DNA of 32,437 bases, taken from contig NC_068982.1 in NCBI RefSeq assembly GCF_001194135.2, forward strand, positions 62,004,696-62,037,132. The letters run 5' to 3'. Origin of the DNA: Octopus bimaculoides. Its lineage: Eukaryota. Positions 1 through 10,358 of this stretch are shown one piece after another. Every line of letters starts with the position of its first letter. Position 1 is the first letter of the stretch. A program made the position numbers and the translations under genes. Below the pieces are notes generated by a model that searched no databases, was not told the origin of the DNA, and saw only the letters and a program-made list of their open reading frames with translations.

Positions 1-48
<48 letters not shown>

Positions 49-51
49 CAT

Positions 52-103
<52 letters not shown>
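1..103. repeat. (TA)n then (TAGA)n microsatellite
   Basis: Direct reading of the sequence. Confidence 0.98.
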
Positions 104-104
<1 letters not shown>

Positions 105-278
105 GTATATGTAAAGTAAAGGATGTTAATATAATCAAGCAAGATAACAATTCAATGTTGTGTAGATGCTCTACCTTAAAGAAAACCATTCTTACAATGT
201 GAACTTTCAAGTGTGATAAAGTTTGCAGAGTTTATTATATTAAGTCAAGTGGGCTTTTTATGGTATTACATTCAATTC

Positions 279-521
279 TTTAGTCATATGGGTTTCGACA
301 CTACATGATATATATATATATATTCTATGAATATAAATTTGTATATAAATATAAATGATTTTGTAATAACTCAACATATTACACCTAAACCATGTACATT
401 TGAACTTTGTCTCATCAGCTGTACATGGCTGAGATGTAATATGTTGTTTTATTACACAACCATTTATATTTATATTCATATTTATATTCATGTATCATGT
501 ATCAAAACATATGTAACTAAA
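279..521. repeat. Imperfect palindrome (foldback), possibly a Penelope-type inverted terminal repeat
   Basis: Inner arms 327-398 and 420-491 are reverse complements (9 mismatches in 72 by hand) around a 21-nt spacer. Looser outer arms lie at about 279-312 and 492-521. This explains why ORFs 258..491(-) and 327..527(+) give near-identical translations. Confidence 0.85.
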
Positions 522-646
522 ACATGAAATGTAATGCCACAAATTGCAGTCTTGGACTTCACACACACACACAAACTGACAGCAAGACACACATGTATGT
601 ACACACCACACACACACACATGTATGTATGTACACACACACGTATA

Positions 647-865
647 TTTTTTCATCTGCTTGCTTACAACCTATGCTAACAGAATATAGATGTGGCTTTT
701 AGAGCCATTTGACATCTATTTCTATCGTGTTGGTGGGGTTCATTCGCACCCTTTAATATAATTATGAAATAGTATAAATTGTTACCTGCAAGGTTGTTAT
801 CTAATGATGGCCATTTGATAAAATCCTTAAGGTGGTTTTATTTTAAATTTTGTATAAAATATATA
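647..865 (+). repeat. Local direct repeat, copy 1 (~220 bp)
   Basis: Aligns by eye at roughly 80% with 1135-1365 (catctg...tatagatgtgg...ttagagccatttg...ccctttaatataattat...aaattgttacctgca). Confidence 0.9.
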
Positions 866-1134
866 TTTTTTTGCTCCTGATCAAATTGCATTTGCTGTGA
901 GATTATTTTGATAATAAAAAACACGTGGCTGAGATTAAAAAAATTAGATTTTTACTTGTGTATATATGTAAATGTATGTATATAATCATGTGGATATGTT
1001 GTTCATATGGGTATGTATAAATATTTGCATCTATATATTTTGGCATATTGTACTGAAGAGAGTAAGGGGTTTTACAACCCTAAACGAGAAATTGACCTAC
1101 AATTAACCAACTTTTTTCAAAAAAATCCTATTCA

Positions 1135-1356
1135 TTTTTCCATCTGCCCACTTACAGCCTGTGCTAATGGAGTATAGATGTGGTTTTTAGAGCCATTTGG
1201 TGTCTATTTCTAGAGTGTTGGTGGGGTTTATCCACACCCTTTAATATAATTATATTATATAATTATAAAATAGTATAAATTGTTACCTGCATGGTTTTTA
1301 TTTAATAATGCTGGCCACTTGATAGAATCATTAAAGTGGTTTTATCCTTAATTTTG

Positions 1357-1365
<9 letters not shown>
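1135..1365 (+). repeat. Local direct repeat, copy 2
   Basis: See copy 1. This copy carries an extra short tatattatataat expansion. Confidence 0.9.
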
Positions 1366-1415
<50 letters not shown>

Positions 1416-1439
1416 TCCCCACAAATACACACTCACACT

Positions 1440-1465
<26 letters not shown>
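1362..1465. repeat. (TA)n/(CA)n microsatellite
   Basis: Direct reading. Confidence 0.95.
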
Positions 1466-1472
<7 letters not shown>

Positions 1473-1915
1473 GAGTGGCTTATAGGTTCATGTATGACTG
1501 TGTGGTAAGAAACTGGCTTCCCAAACATGTGGTTTCAGGTTCAGTCTCACTATGAGGCACCTTGTCTTCATTTATAACTTTGGGGTGACCAAAGCCTTGT
1601 GAGTGGATTTGGTCAATGGAAACTGAAAGAAGCCTATTGTAAATATATGTGTGTCTGCATGTTACTGTCTCATTGTCTTTGTCTTTACTTCACATGACAG
1701 TTGTGAAACATAATCCAAGAGTCAACATAACCCAAGTTGTGTGCTACGTTTACAATCTTCTATGGCAGCATGTCTTGTCATAGATAAATGTTAGCTTACT
1801 TGGAAACATGTGAGGGTTGGTGACAGGAAGGACATCTATCCATAACTAATCCACCTCAATAAATCCTGATGACACATGTGATTATAGATGTTAAAATGAT
1901 GTTAATGATGATGAT
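1466..1915 (+). mobile_element. tRNA-derived SINE, shared head plus tail type B ending in (TGA)n
   Basis: Head ggtgcaggagtggct...tgtggtaag, B-box-like ggttcagtc, core gaccaaagccttgtgagtggatttgg...ggaaactgaaagaagcc, (TG) hinge, then tail acaggaaggacatc...gatgttaaaatgatg. Homologous to 18160-18646(-). Confidence 0.8.
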
Positions 1916-1959
1916 TTGTGTGTGTGTGTATGTAAATATATATATTATATGTATCAAAA

Positions 1960-2207
1960 TGTTGGTGGTACCAAAAAGTTCCCAGACTAGTTATGTTTAA
2001 TAGAAAATAACTTATTTACTAAGTTTCACTATCATTTCCTTTGAAGTAGTCATTTTGCACAGAAATACACTGGTCCCAGCATTCTTGCCACTTTTGGAAT
2101 TTGGCCTGGAAGTCATTTTCCAAAAGTGAGTCAAGGACCTTCTGTGATTCATTCTTAATGTTAAAACAGTGATCTTTTGAGCAGCAACTGTGTTGATACC
2201 ACCTCTT
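1960..2207 (-). mobile_element. Internally deleted mariner derivative (transposase C-terminus plus both TIR remnants)
   Basis: Minus frame NESQKVLDSLLENDFQAKFQKWQECWDQCISVQNDYFKG resembles a mariner C-terminus. ggtggtaccaa (1964-1974) and ttgataccacc (2193-2203) are inverted counterparts. Confidence 0.75.
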
Positions 2208-2233
2208 ATATATATATATATATNNNNNNNNNN

Positions 2234-3535
2234 AGTAAATATACACCTTTAATTTTCAAAATCTTTTATTTAATATGCAAAACGAACAATTGAAATGTAA
2301 TAGATAAGTAAGACTACATACTTTAGTATTTAGTTGACATTCCCTTTGCAGTTTTTAATTCAGAAACTCTTTTTGGCATTGAACTGATGAGCTTTGTGAT
2401 TGTCTCTTGTTGAATTTCTGCCCACTTTTCATGCAACAATCGAAACAATTCATCTTTAGATTTAGGTTTCTGTCGAGTTTTTCGTATAGCTCTATCTAGT
2501 ATGCTCCAAAGATTTTCAATTGGGTTCATGTCAAGAGATTGGCTCGGTCAAGGAAGCTTTTTGATCCCATTTTCAGTCAGCCATTCCTTTTCATTGTGGG
2601 CATGGAGCCACATCTTCCACGAATAAAAAGTCATTTTTCGTTATGTTATCATATGAATACATTGGAAGTAGTCCTTGCTTAAGTATTTCAGTGTATTTTT
2701 CAGAGTTTATGGTTCCAACACATTTGATCAGCTCAGAATGACCATTGCTGGTGACAGCTCCCCATACCATTACAGGGATACTGCCATGTTTCACAGTTGG
2801 TTAGAGTCGTTTCAAATCAAATTCTTGATTGGGAAGCCTCCAGACCCAAACACGTCCACTGTCTGAAAATAATGCAAATCTGGATTCATCTGAGAAAATC
2901 ACTCTATCCCAAAATGAACTGGATTTTTCTGACATCTCCTTAGCCCATTTCTTTCTTTTCATGATATTAATCAGTTGGAGAGCTTTTCTTCTAGCTGCTC
3001 GTCCATAATTCCCAAGCTTATGCAGATATGTAGCATGCGTTTTTGGACTAACTTCTAGCTCTTTTGCAATGTCAGAAGCCTTTGAACTGGNNNNNNNNNN
3101 CGTTTTTGGACTAACTTCTAGCTCTTTTGCAATGTCAGAAGCCTTTGAACTGGGTTCGTTTTCCATAATTCTCTTCAAACAGCAAAGCTTCCTTTCCGAA
3201 AGCCCAGGTCAGCTGGGATGAGAATCTGTTGATTCTTTTCCTTAGCTTTTGAATTGTACTATAATTCTATTAATAGTAGCAAGAGGAATTTGAAGATTTT
3301 CAGCAATTTTTTGATAGCTAAGACCAGCCTCAGATTGCCCAACAATACGACCTCTTTGAAAATCTGACAGTTCTGCTGAATTTTTTCTGTGGCATGGGTA
3401 CTCTTTGCAAATGTTTAATATAATGGCGCCTAGAATAAAAAATAATAATTACATTGTAAATTCTACACTGCTGAAAACATATTAAGACGCTTAGATTGGA
3501 AAGTTTGAAAATTAAAGATGTCTATTTACTTCCTG
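2234..3535 (-). mobile_element. Near full-length Tc1-like DNA transposon (~1.3 kb)
   Basis: TIRs 2234-2260 and 3504-3530 match over 27 bp with 2 mismatches. The right end continues TCCTG then TA (3536-3537), a typical TA target site. The outer left end falls in the N gap 2224-2233. Confidence 0.95.
2323..3395 (-). pseudogene. Disrupted Tc1-family DDE transposase
   Basis: MPQKK, then frameshifted [32 protein letters not shown] (HTH), VIFSDESRF (D1), FVEDVAPC (D2), SLDMNPIENLW (E) and AKGMSTKY*. Several stops and frameshifts. D2 to E spans 94 nt, compatible with DD34E minus 8 nt (inference). Confidence 0.92.
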
Positions 3536-4659
3536 TATGTCTGTATATATGTATGTGTGTTTATATGTTTGTATATATTATATTGTATGTATAAATATAT
3601 TATGTTAATATAATACTAATGGGATTCTTGGAAGTTTCTCGGAATGGAAAAAAATTAAGAGGACCTATTTAAGAAGGAAAGGATGATTTGCATTTTTATA
3701 GCATTCATAAAGTTTCATAGTTTAGCTTTCTTTAAATATTCTTGATGTTCTTCTACATTTATTTCCTCATGTCTCCATCGATGTTGTATTTTTCCTCTTT
3801 TATTATTTTTCTTACTGTTCCTCTCTGATCCGTGCTCTATATCTGCGCATTCTTTCTTGGGTAGCTTGGAACTATGTTTCTTGTAAATACAGAGTTTAGG
3901 CTAAATTAACCCTTATAAACAATTATCAGTTTTTTAAGTGAGCAGATAATAAATAATTGCACTTATGCACACGCTTTAAGCAATGGTTGCTATAAAAAAA
4001 TATTTTTCACTACCACCACCAAAACCACTACTGCCACCACTGCTATCTCTCTCTTTCTCTCTCAATATAACTGCCTCCCCTGTCCATCTCTATCTATCTT
4101 GCCCTTCAGCTAACTTTTTAACCATGTAATAAGTATTCCTTCCCACCCTCTATGCATGTCAGCACTTCTTCCTCTCTCTTTTCCTCTTGCTGTCTTGTTC
4201 TCTCATTCTTCGCCATTCCCTTCAGGTGACCACGTGACCATTTGACCTAAGTGTATTAATATTAATCGTCTTTCTTTACTTCTTCCTCTCTTCTTTCTTC
4301 ACTCCTCTCTCCCTCTTTCTTTCTCACACACTCTTAATCCACCTCTCACTCACTCCACCTCAACCTCTCTAACTAACTAATGTATAACACGCAAATGAAC
4401 TAGCAGATTTTTTTAGATATTATGTGTGTGTGTGTGAGAGTGTTTGAGTCCCATGCATACATAAACTCCACTTTTTTCCATTGAGGGCTTATATGCCCCA
4501 ATATTAGACTATTTTCCTTAGTCAACACACGATGATCACTTATAAGAGTTAAACTTATAAAATATTATTATTATTATTTACAGGCTATATATAAATTTGT
4601 GTATATATATATATGTGCGTGTGCGTGTGTGTGTGCGTGTGTATTATATAGGCTCAGTG

Positions 4660-5700
4660 TCTAGAGATTGACCTTCAGTACTTCATCCCGAGTCTTCCTG
4701 GGTCTCCCACTTCTGCGAGTTCCATCCACTATAAGTGATCAGTACTTCTTTATGCAACTGTCTGCATCCATACACATAACATGATCCTACCAGCATCTTG
4801 TACACTGTATCTAATTCCTCTTATGCCTAAATTTTCTCACAGGGCATTAGGGCTCTGGTGAACTTGTACACTGTTATCGCACATGCAGTGGAGCATAGTA
4901 GCTTCATTCTTCTTTACCTTCACATGTCCTCTGCATTCAGAACCCATGTCTCACTACCATGTAAAATTGCTGTTCGTATACATACATCATAGAATCTTCC
5001 TTTGGAGAGGGAGACCTTTGGTTGCCAACAGAAGTAAAAGATTACTGGATTTTTCCCATCCTATTCTTTTTCTAGTGATTATACTTTTTGTACATCCTCC
5101 CCCACCGCTAAGTAGATCCTTCAGGTAACAGAAATTAACCACTACCTCTAAAAAGCTTCTGGGGCATTTAAGAAAATAAAGTTTCTGAGTATTCGTAGTT
5201 TTTAGGGTTTCTGTACGTCTTTCACACAGAACTACTACTTTCTTTATAACCTTTCTATTATTCCACAGTCCATAGCTTACACGGGGTACACTAAATAGAA
5301 TTCCCACCTACACCTTTTCTACATATCAAGCAGGGCCATTTACCTGAAGAGGGTAGGGTCCTGTCCATTTTCTTGCACACTAGAACCTTTGTCTTTGCTA
5401 AGGTCTTTTGATTCCAAGTTTAGTTTCACACCTGGAATTTCTTTTCTAGTGCTGTTACAGAATCTGCAATGAGAGCAAAATCACCAGCATTATAGTAGCT
5501 CCCAAGGGCAACCATTCTTCTGTTATGGCCTGGAAGACAATGATGAATAGGAGGAGGCTGAGAATCAAACCCTGATGAACACCTACCTGTTCACTAAATT
5601 CATCACTGTACTCATAGTTAACTTTCACCTTACGAGCAGGGCCTCTGTACATAGCCTATACTACTTTCAGAAGCCACTCGTCTAGCCAAGATTCCTCATT
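4660..5700 (-). mobile_element. RTE-clade non-LTR retrotransposon fragment (RT core to C-terminus), decayed
   Basis: MRNLG-DEWLLKVV, KVKVNYEYSDEFSEQVGVHQGLILSLLLFII, CPWELL-Y(A)GD (YADD equivalent at about 5480-5494), AKTKVLV, YLKDLLSGGGGCTKSIITRKRIGW, and a GRPRKT-like C-terminus near 4700. Confidence 0.9.
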
Positions 5701-6399
5701 TCCATATAAACATATACTTATATACAAGTGTGTATTTAATAAACTTGTCAATGTTTAACATATATGGCTTTGTTATGCACTGGTTAAACATTATCAAATG
5801 TAGAACTCAATATAAAATGCAGAGTAAGTAAATGTAAATGAAATAGAATAATTACACACACATATGTCTGTGTATATGTGGGTGTATATTCCAATTAATA
5901 TCAAAGCATAAAGCTATAACAACTAGAATAAACAATAGCCATGATGTGACTGAAGTCGAAAACACTAAGGAAAATCTATCAATTTTTGCTTGCTGGTGGA
6001 ATATTAATTTCCTGTACCTTTGTAGATTATGATTATTTAAGAAAGTATGAAAATCAGCCAACTCACAACACAAATTTAACTTCTAATTAATTTTCTGCTT
6101 AGAGCATATGGCAGAAAAGAAACTGAATGAAACAGATGTAAACCAATGGTAGAATGATTTCACTGCTAGGCATCAGTTTCAACCCAAAATGATATAAATA
6201 ATGATTAAAATATGTTAGATATGTGTACATATAAATGTATGTATGTATGTATGTATGTATGACATATGTATGATATATGTATACATGTACAATATATGTA
6301 TGCATGATGAATGTATATATGTAAGGGAAAATGGTTTTTGTGTGTGGAAGGTGCTTGGGTACAATAAACACTAAAAATGTACAGAAAATAGACTCCATC

Positions 6400-6727
6400 C
6401 AATGCCAGTGGGGAAAGCTAGAAGTAGTTGATAACTTCCACTATTTCAGTGACCAAGTCAGTAGTGGAGGTGGATGCTCTGAGAGCATAGCTGCTAGAAT
6501 ATGAATAGGCTGGGCAAAGTTTAGAGAGCTCCTACCTCTGATGGTAACAAAGGGCCTCTCCCTCAGAGTGAAAGGCAGACTGTATGATGCCTGTGTGTGA
6601 ACAATCATGCTACACAGCAGTGAAACATGGTCTGTGAAGCTGAGGACATGAGAAGGCTTGAACGAAATGAAGCCAGTATGCTTTGCTGGATGTGTAATGT
6701 CAGTGTGCATGTATGACAGAGCGTAAC
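6400..6727 (+). mobile_element. RTE-clade LINE fragment (post-RT region), same family as 4660-5700
   Basis: GKLEVVDNFHYFSDQVSSGGGCSESIAARI*IGWAKFRELLPLMVTKGLSLRVKGRLYDACV*TIMLHSSETWSV...DMRRLERNEASMLCWMCNV. Confidence 0.9.
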
Positions 6728-7366
6728 CCAAACTTCTAATTCTTGTTTTCTGACTGGATTAAAAATGATCAAATTTTGAACCTCCTTAACATTTTTCTAA
6801 ATTTTTCTGGGAATAAATGAATCCTAAATTCGGATTCAGTGTGAAAAATTACATCAATATATCAAGTTTGAAATTTATTACCTAATTTTAAAATATCCAC
6901 ATCTTTGACAGCAACTAAAATGATCCCCTTATTTATTTTGTGTAGCAGTTGAGGTCACGAGAAGAGGACTCCTGTGAATTCTTTGAAGCAATAGTCGTGA
7001 TATCACTGCATTGTTTTTCACAACATCTGCTACAATGTTTCTAACTTTTATACAACATGTTTGCTTCATTCCAGATACAAGTAAGACTACAATTTGTAAG
7101 CATGTTGTTGTTTCCAACTCCATCTAAAATATCATTAGAATGAGAATGTGATGTGACTAATTAATTGGTGCATACTAATTAACAGACAAATCATTCTATT
7201 GGTTGTAGCGGTTGCATATTACTGGATTAGCAAGAGACCACAATTAGGAATTATGAATCATTTAAATTAAATAGTTGGTTAATGTGACAAGATATTATTA
7301 TGTTAATGTAAGCCAAAAATTACAGTTAGGACTTGTCATCAAAAAATGTGTGCATGTGGGTGTGTA

Positions 7367-7423
<57 letters not shown>

Positions 7424-8164
7424 NNNNNNNNNNATATATATACATAAATACATACATGTACACACACACACACACACGGGTTGGTTGGTCTTTTGCTCAT
7501 TGTATAGCAGTTCAGTTTTCATCTACAGCTCTTTTTGTTACTCTCTAATCTATCACATCCTCTCTCTCTTATCCGCCTTTGCAACACTACCTTCATATGA
7601 AGGGATGACATTTTATCTGTTGCTATTAAACCCTTCCACCATCACTCTTTATAACAATGATTTTCTTCTATCACCCCTCTATCTTTCCATCTCTCTTCCA
7701 TCATAACACATGTATAAAGAGAGATAACACTGAATCTGTCCATATTCACTACTCCTGTCATCATCTTTCTTTAATGCTGGCTATATCTCTTTGTTTCATT
7801 CCTCAAATGTCTCCTCATTAATATTTATCATTGTCACTTACCATCACTCATCTCTATTTCTATACATCTCACACTCTTTGTTATCATCACTCATCTTCAT
7901 TGTTAACCAACCACACCACTCATACTATTCAGTTGCTTTATCAACAAGCAAATTGTAGCTATCACTGTCTCTCCTCTATTACTATCACCTCTACCATCCT
8001 CTCAGTTCTATCAGTCAGTTTCCCCCATCAAACACACACACATACTTATCATCCTCTCAGTCATAACTTTTCCTTCTACTTCTCACATAAGTCACATTAC
8101 TTTTGAAAGAATAGAAACAGCATTGAGTAAAGAGGACATTTTTGTCTTGCAAGCAACAAAGCAA

Positions 8165-8285
8165 CCCCTCTGTTGCTAGTGTCATGATAAAATGCACCTA
8201 GTGCACTCTGTAAAGTGGTTAAGGTAGTTTACATTAGGAAGGGCATCCAGTCATAAAAACCACTCCAAAAATTAGACATGAGTAA
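8165..8285 (+). mobile_element. Fragment of a dispersed repeat with an RTE-like/SINE 3' tail
   Basis: gcacctagtgcactctgtaaagtggtt...ttaggaagggcatccag matches 17865-18055 and the reverse complement of 27691-27890. Confidence 0.65.
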
Positions 8286-8458
8286 GACATGGGTAGGATA
8301 TGGCCTCCTTCAACTTATCTGGGAGGATAGTAACACTGGCTAAGCACTAATTTGGATTGTGTCATTCTGTTCAGCCCCTGTCAGAAGTAGTGGGTGGATA
8401 AGTTCATATGAGTGTGAGAAGAGAGTGACAAGTGGTTAGAGATGGGAGTAGAGGTGAA

Positions 8459-8782
8459 TGACACTTTGGGCAACTGTCTTCTACTATAGCCTCAGGTCAA
8501 CCAAAGCCTTGTGACTGAATTTGATTGACAAAAACTAAAAGCCCATCATATATGTGTGTGTGTATGTCTGTCTGTCTGTATTGGTGTTTGTCCCCTACTA
8601 CCACTTCACAACTGATATTGGTGTGTTCATGCCCCTGTAATTTAGAAGTTCAGCAAAAGTGACCAATAGAATGGATACCAAGCCTAGAAGAAAATAATTA
8701 CTGGGGTTGATTAGTTTGACTAAAATTCTGCAAGGTGGTATCTCAGCATGGCCACAGTCTAATGACTCGAATAAGTAAAAGA
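8459..8782 (+). mobile_element. 5'-truncated SINE, tail type A
   Basis: Core gggcaactgtcttctactatagcc...ccaaagccttgtg and tail ctggggttgatt...cagcatggccacagtctaatgact...gtaaaaga, homologous to 12350-12750. Confidence 0.85.
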
Positions 8783-8862
8783 TATATATATATATATATA
8801 TATATCTTTCGTTTTTGGATTTGGTATGCAAGATTTTTTATGTGAATTCGTGTGTTGAAGCA

Positions 8863-9104
8863 TATATTGTTGTGTCTGGGGAGAGTCATTCTCTTTTAGT
8901 GCCTTATTATTTAATACACTCACCGCAAATTTTTGTTGCGTCTTGCAACCTTTTCAATAGTCCTTGGTGACTCTTGAAAAGGTTGCAAGATGCATCGAAA
9001 ATTTTAGGAAAAATAAATGAGTAAATGAGTGGAAACTTTACCAGTGAGTGTGTTAAATAATAAGGCACTAAAAGAGAATGACTCTCTCCAGACACAACAA
9101 TATA
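8863..9104. mobile_element. Palindromic (foldback) non-autonomous element
   Basis: Outer arms 8863-8924 and 9043-9104 (62 bp, 3 mismatches). Inner arms 8927-8962 and 8969-9004 surround a 6-nt loop. The left arm lacks the ~36-nt counterpart of 9005-9042. Same family as 14084-14259. Confidence 0.9.
8971..9007 (+). ncRNA. Minimal type I hammerhead-like motif, U3-A8 variant (decayed); mirror copy on minus strand at 8927-8960
   Basis: CUC UUGAAAA G GUUGC AAGAU GCAUC GAA AAUU U UAG. The opposite arm supplies CUA and GCAAC, which complete stems I and II. Confidence 0.5.
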
Positions 9105-9532
9105 TATATATATATATATATATCTTTCGTTTTTGGATTTGGTATGCAAGATTTTTTATGTGAATTCGTGTGTTGAAGCATATATTGTTGTGTCTGGGGA
9201 NNNNNNNNNNNNNNNNNNNNNNNNNNNNNNNNNNNNNNNNNNNNNNNNNNNNNNNNNNNNNNNNNNNNNNNNNNNNNNNNNNNNNNNNNNNNNNNNNNNN
9301 NNNNNNNNNNNNNNNNNNNNNNNNNNNNNNNNNNNNNNNNNNNNNNNNNNNNNNNNNNNNNNNNNNNNNNNNNNNNNNNTTCTCGTTAATTATTATTGTT
9401 TTATATTCTGTCCTTTTGTTGTTTACACCACCTGTCCTCGTCTATTGTTTTTTTCGTAAATTCTCCCATATATATATATATATATACATACATACATTCA
9501 TACTCACATATATATATATGGATATATGTACC

Positions 9533-9690
9533 ATGAGCTTCTTTCAGCTTTCCTCTATGTAATCCACTTATAAGGCTTTGGTCAATCTGAGGCTACAATA
9601 AAAGATACTTGTCCAAGGTGCAGTCAATGGGACTGAATCCAAAACCATGTAATTCAGAAGTTAGCTTCTTACCACACAGCCACACCTATA
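9533..9690 (-). mobile_element. SINE head and core fragment
   Basis: Reverse complement gives ggtgtggctgtgtggtaag...ggattcagtccc...ccttggacaag...gaccaaagcctt. Confidence 0.8.
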
Positions 9691-9719
9691 CTTCAAAAAA
9701 ATATGCCAAAACAAATTCT

Positions 9720-9772
9720 GTGTAACCCTTGTCAGCATGGACAAGTGGACGTTAAAATGATGATGATGATAC
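9720..9772 (+). mobile_element. 3' tail remnant of the (TGA)n-ending retroposon
   Basis: cagcatggacaagtggacgttaaaatgatgatgatgat. Confidence 0.7.
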
Positions 9773-10035
9773 ATGCACATATGTGCATATATATAAAGTA
9801 TAAGATCCGGAGATCGAGGTATCAGAAGAAAATTAGTTTCAAGTAATCTGTAGTAAATATAAAAAAACAATTTTCTGGGGCAATAGTGGTTTATTGAGAC
9901 AGAAGATTGTAGGCTTTTTCGTATTGAAGTATGACACACTAAAAACATTCTTTTTATATTTCATAGTAGGCAACCAGGGTTGCCAGGTGTGCGAATAAGA
10001 ATACAAGAGTTACAGAATGGAGTAGATAATATCCA

Positions 10036-10119
10036 GGCTATATATGTTTCATAGCGAGCAGAACCTCAGAAGTGGTAAATATCCTAGCGATGTTTATACC
10101 ACAGGCTACTCTTCAGGCC
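10036..10119 (-). ncRNA. Type I hammerhead-like motif with long stem II (left arm, mirror copy)
   Basis: GGC CUGAAGA GUAGC-(49 nt)-GCUAU GAA ACAUAUAU A GCC. The consensus of the two arms restores ACAUAUGU. Confidence 0.55.
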
Positions 10120-10274
10120 AAGGATATCTTCATTAAATGAAAATTTATATTGTTGCAAGGAGATGCATGTTAATGCATGGAAGATTGCTTTCTATACATT
10201 CTGATTGAATCTTCCATACGTTAACATGTACCTCCTTGCAGTAATGTAAACTTTCATTTAATCAAGATATCCTT

Positions 10275-10358
10275 GGCCTGAAGAGTAGCCTGCAGTATAC
10301 AGATCACCTGGATATTTACCACTTCTGAGGTTCAGCTTGCTATGAAATATATGTAGCC
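10275..10358 (+). ncRNA. Type I hammerhead-like motif with long stem II (right arm of the inverted repeat)
   Basis: GGC CUGAAGA GUAGC-(49 nt)-GCUAU GAA AUAUAUGU A GCC. Confidence 0.55.

Noticed and set aside
258-527. Two similar ORFs on opposite strands
   Set aside because: This is a by-product of the DNA palindrome. The translations are low complexity with no domain.
3038-3153. 53-bp exact duplication inside the Tc1 transposase ([17 protein letters not shown] twice)
   Set aside because: Identical copies (3038-3090 and 3101-3153) flank a 10-N gap, which indicates an unmerged contig overlap rather than biology.
3700-3890. Minus-strand ERMRRYRARIREEQ, a coiled-coil-like remnant
   Set aside because: Short, interrupted by stops and not assignable to a family.
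5941-5961. ATGATGT GAC TGAA GTC GAAA, resembling a hammerhead
   Set aside because: Two core mismatches and no stem I or III could be built.
6929-7123. 64-aa minus-strand ORF (MELETTTCLQ...) preceded by an AG
   Set aside because: No recognisable motif and no convincing donor site. The length is within chance expectation.
9969-9984. GGCAACC-AG-GGTTGCC mini-palindrome
   Set aside because: 7-bp arms with no partner end or TSD. Too short to interpret.
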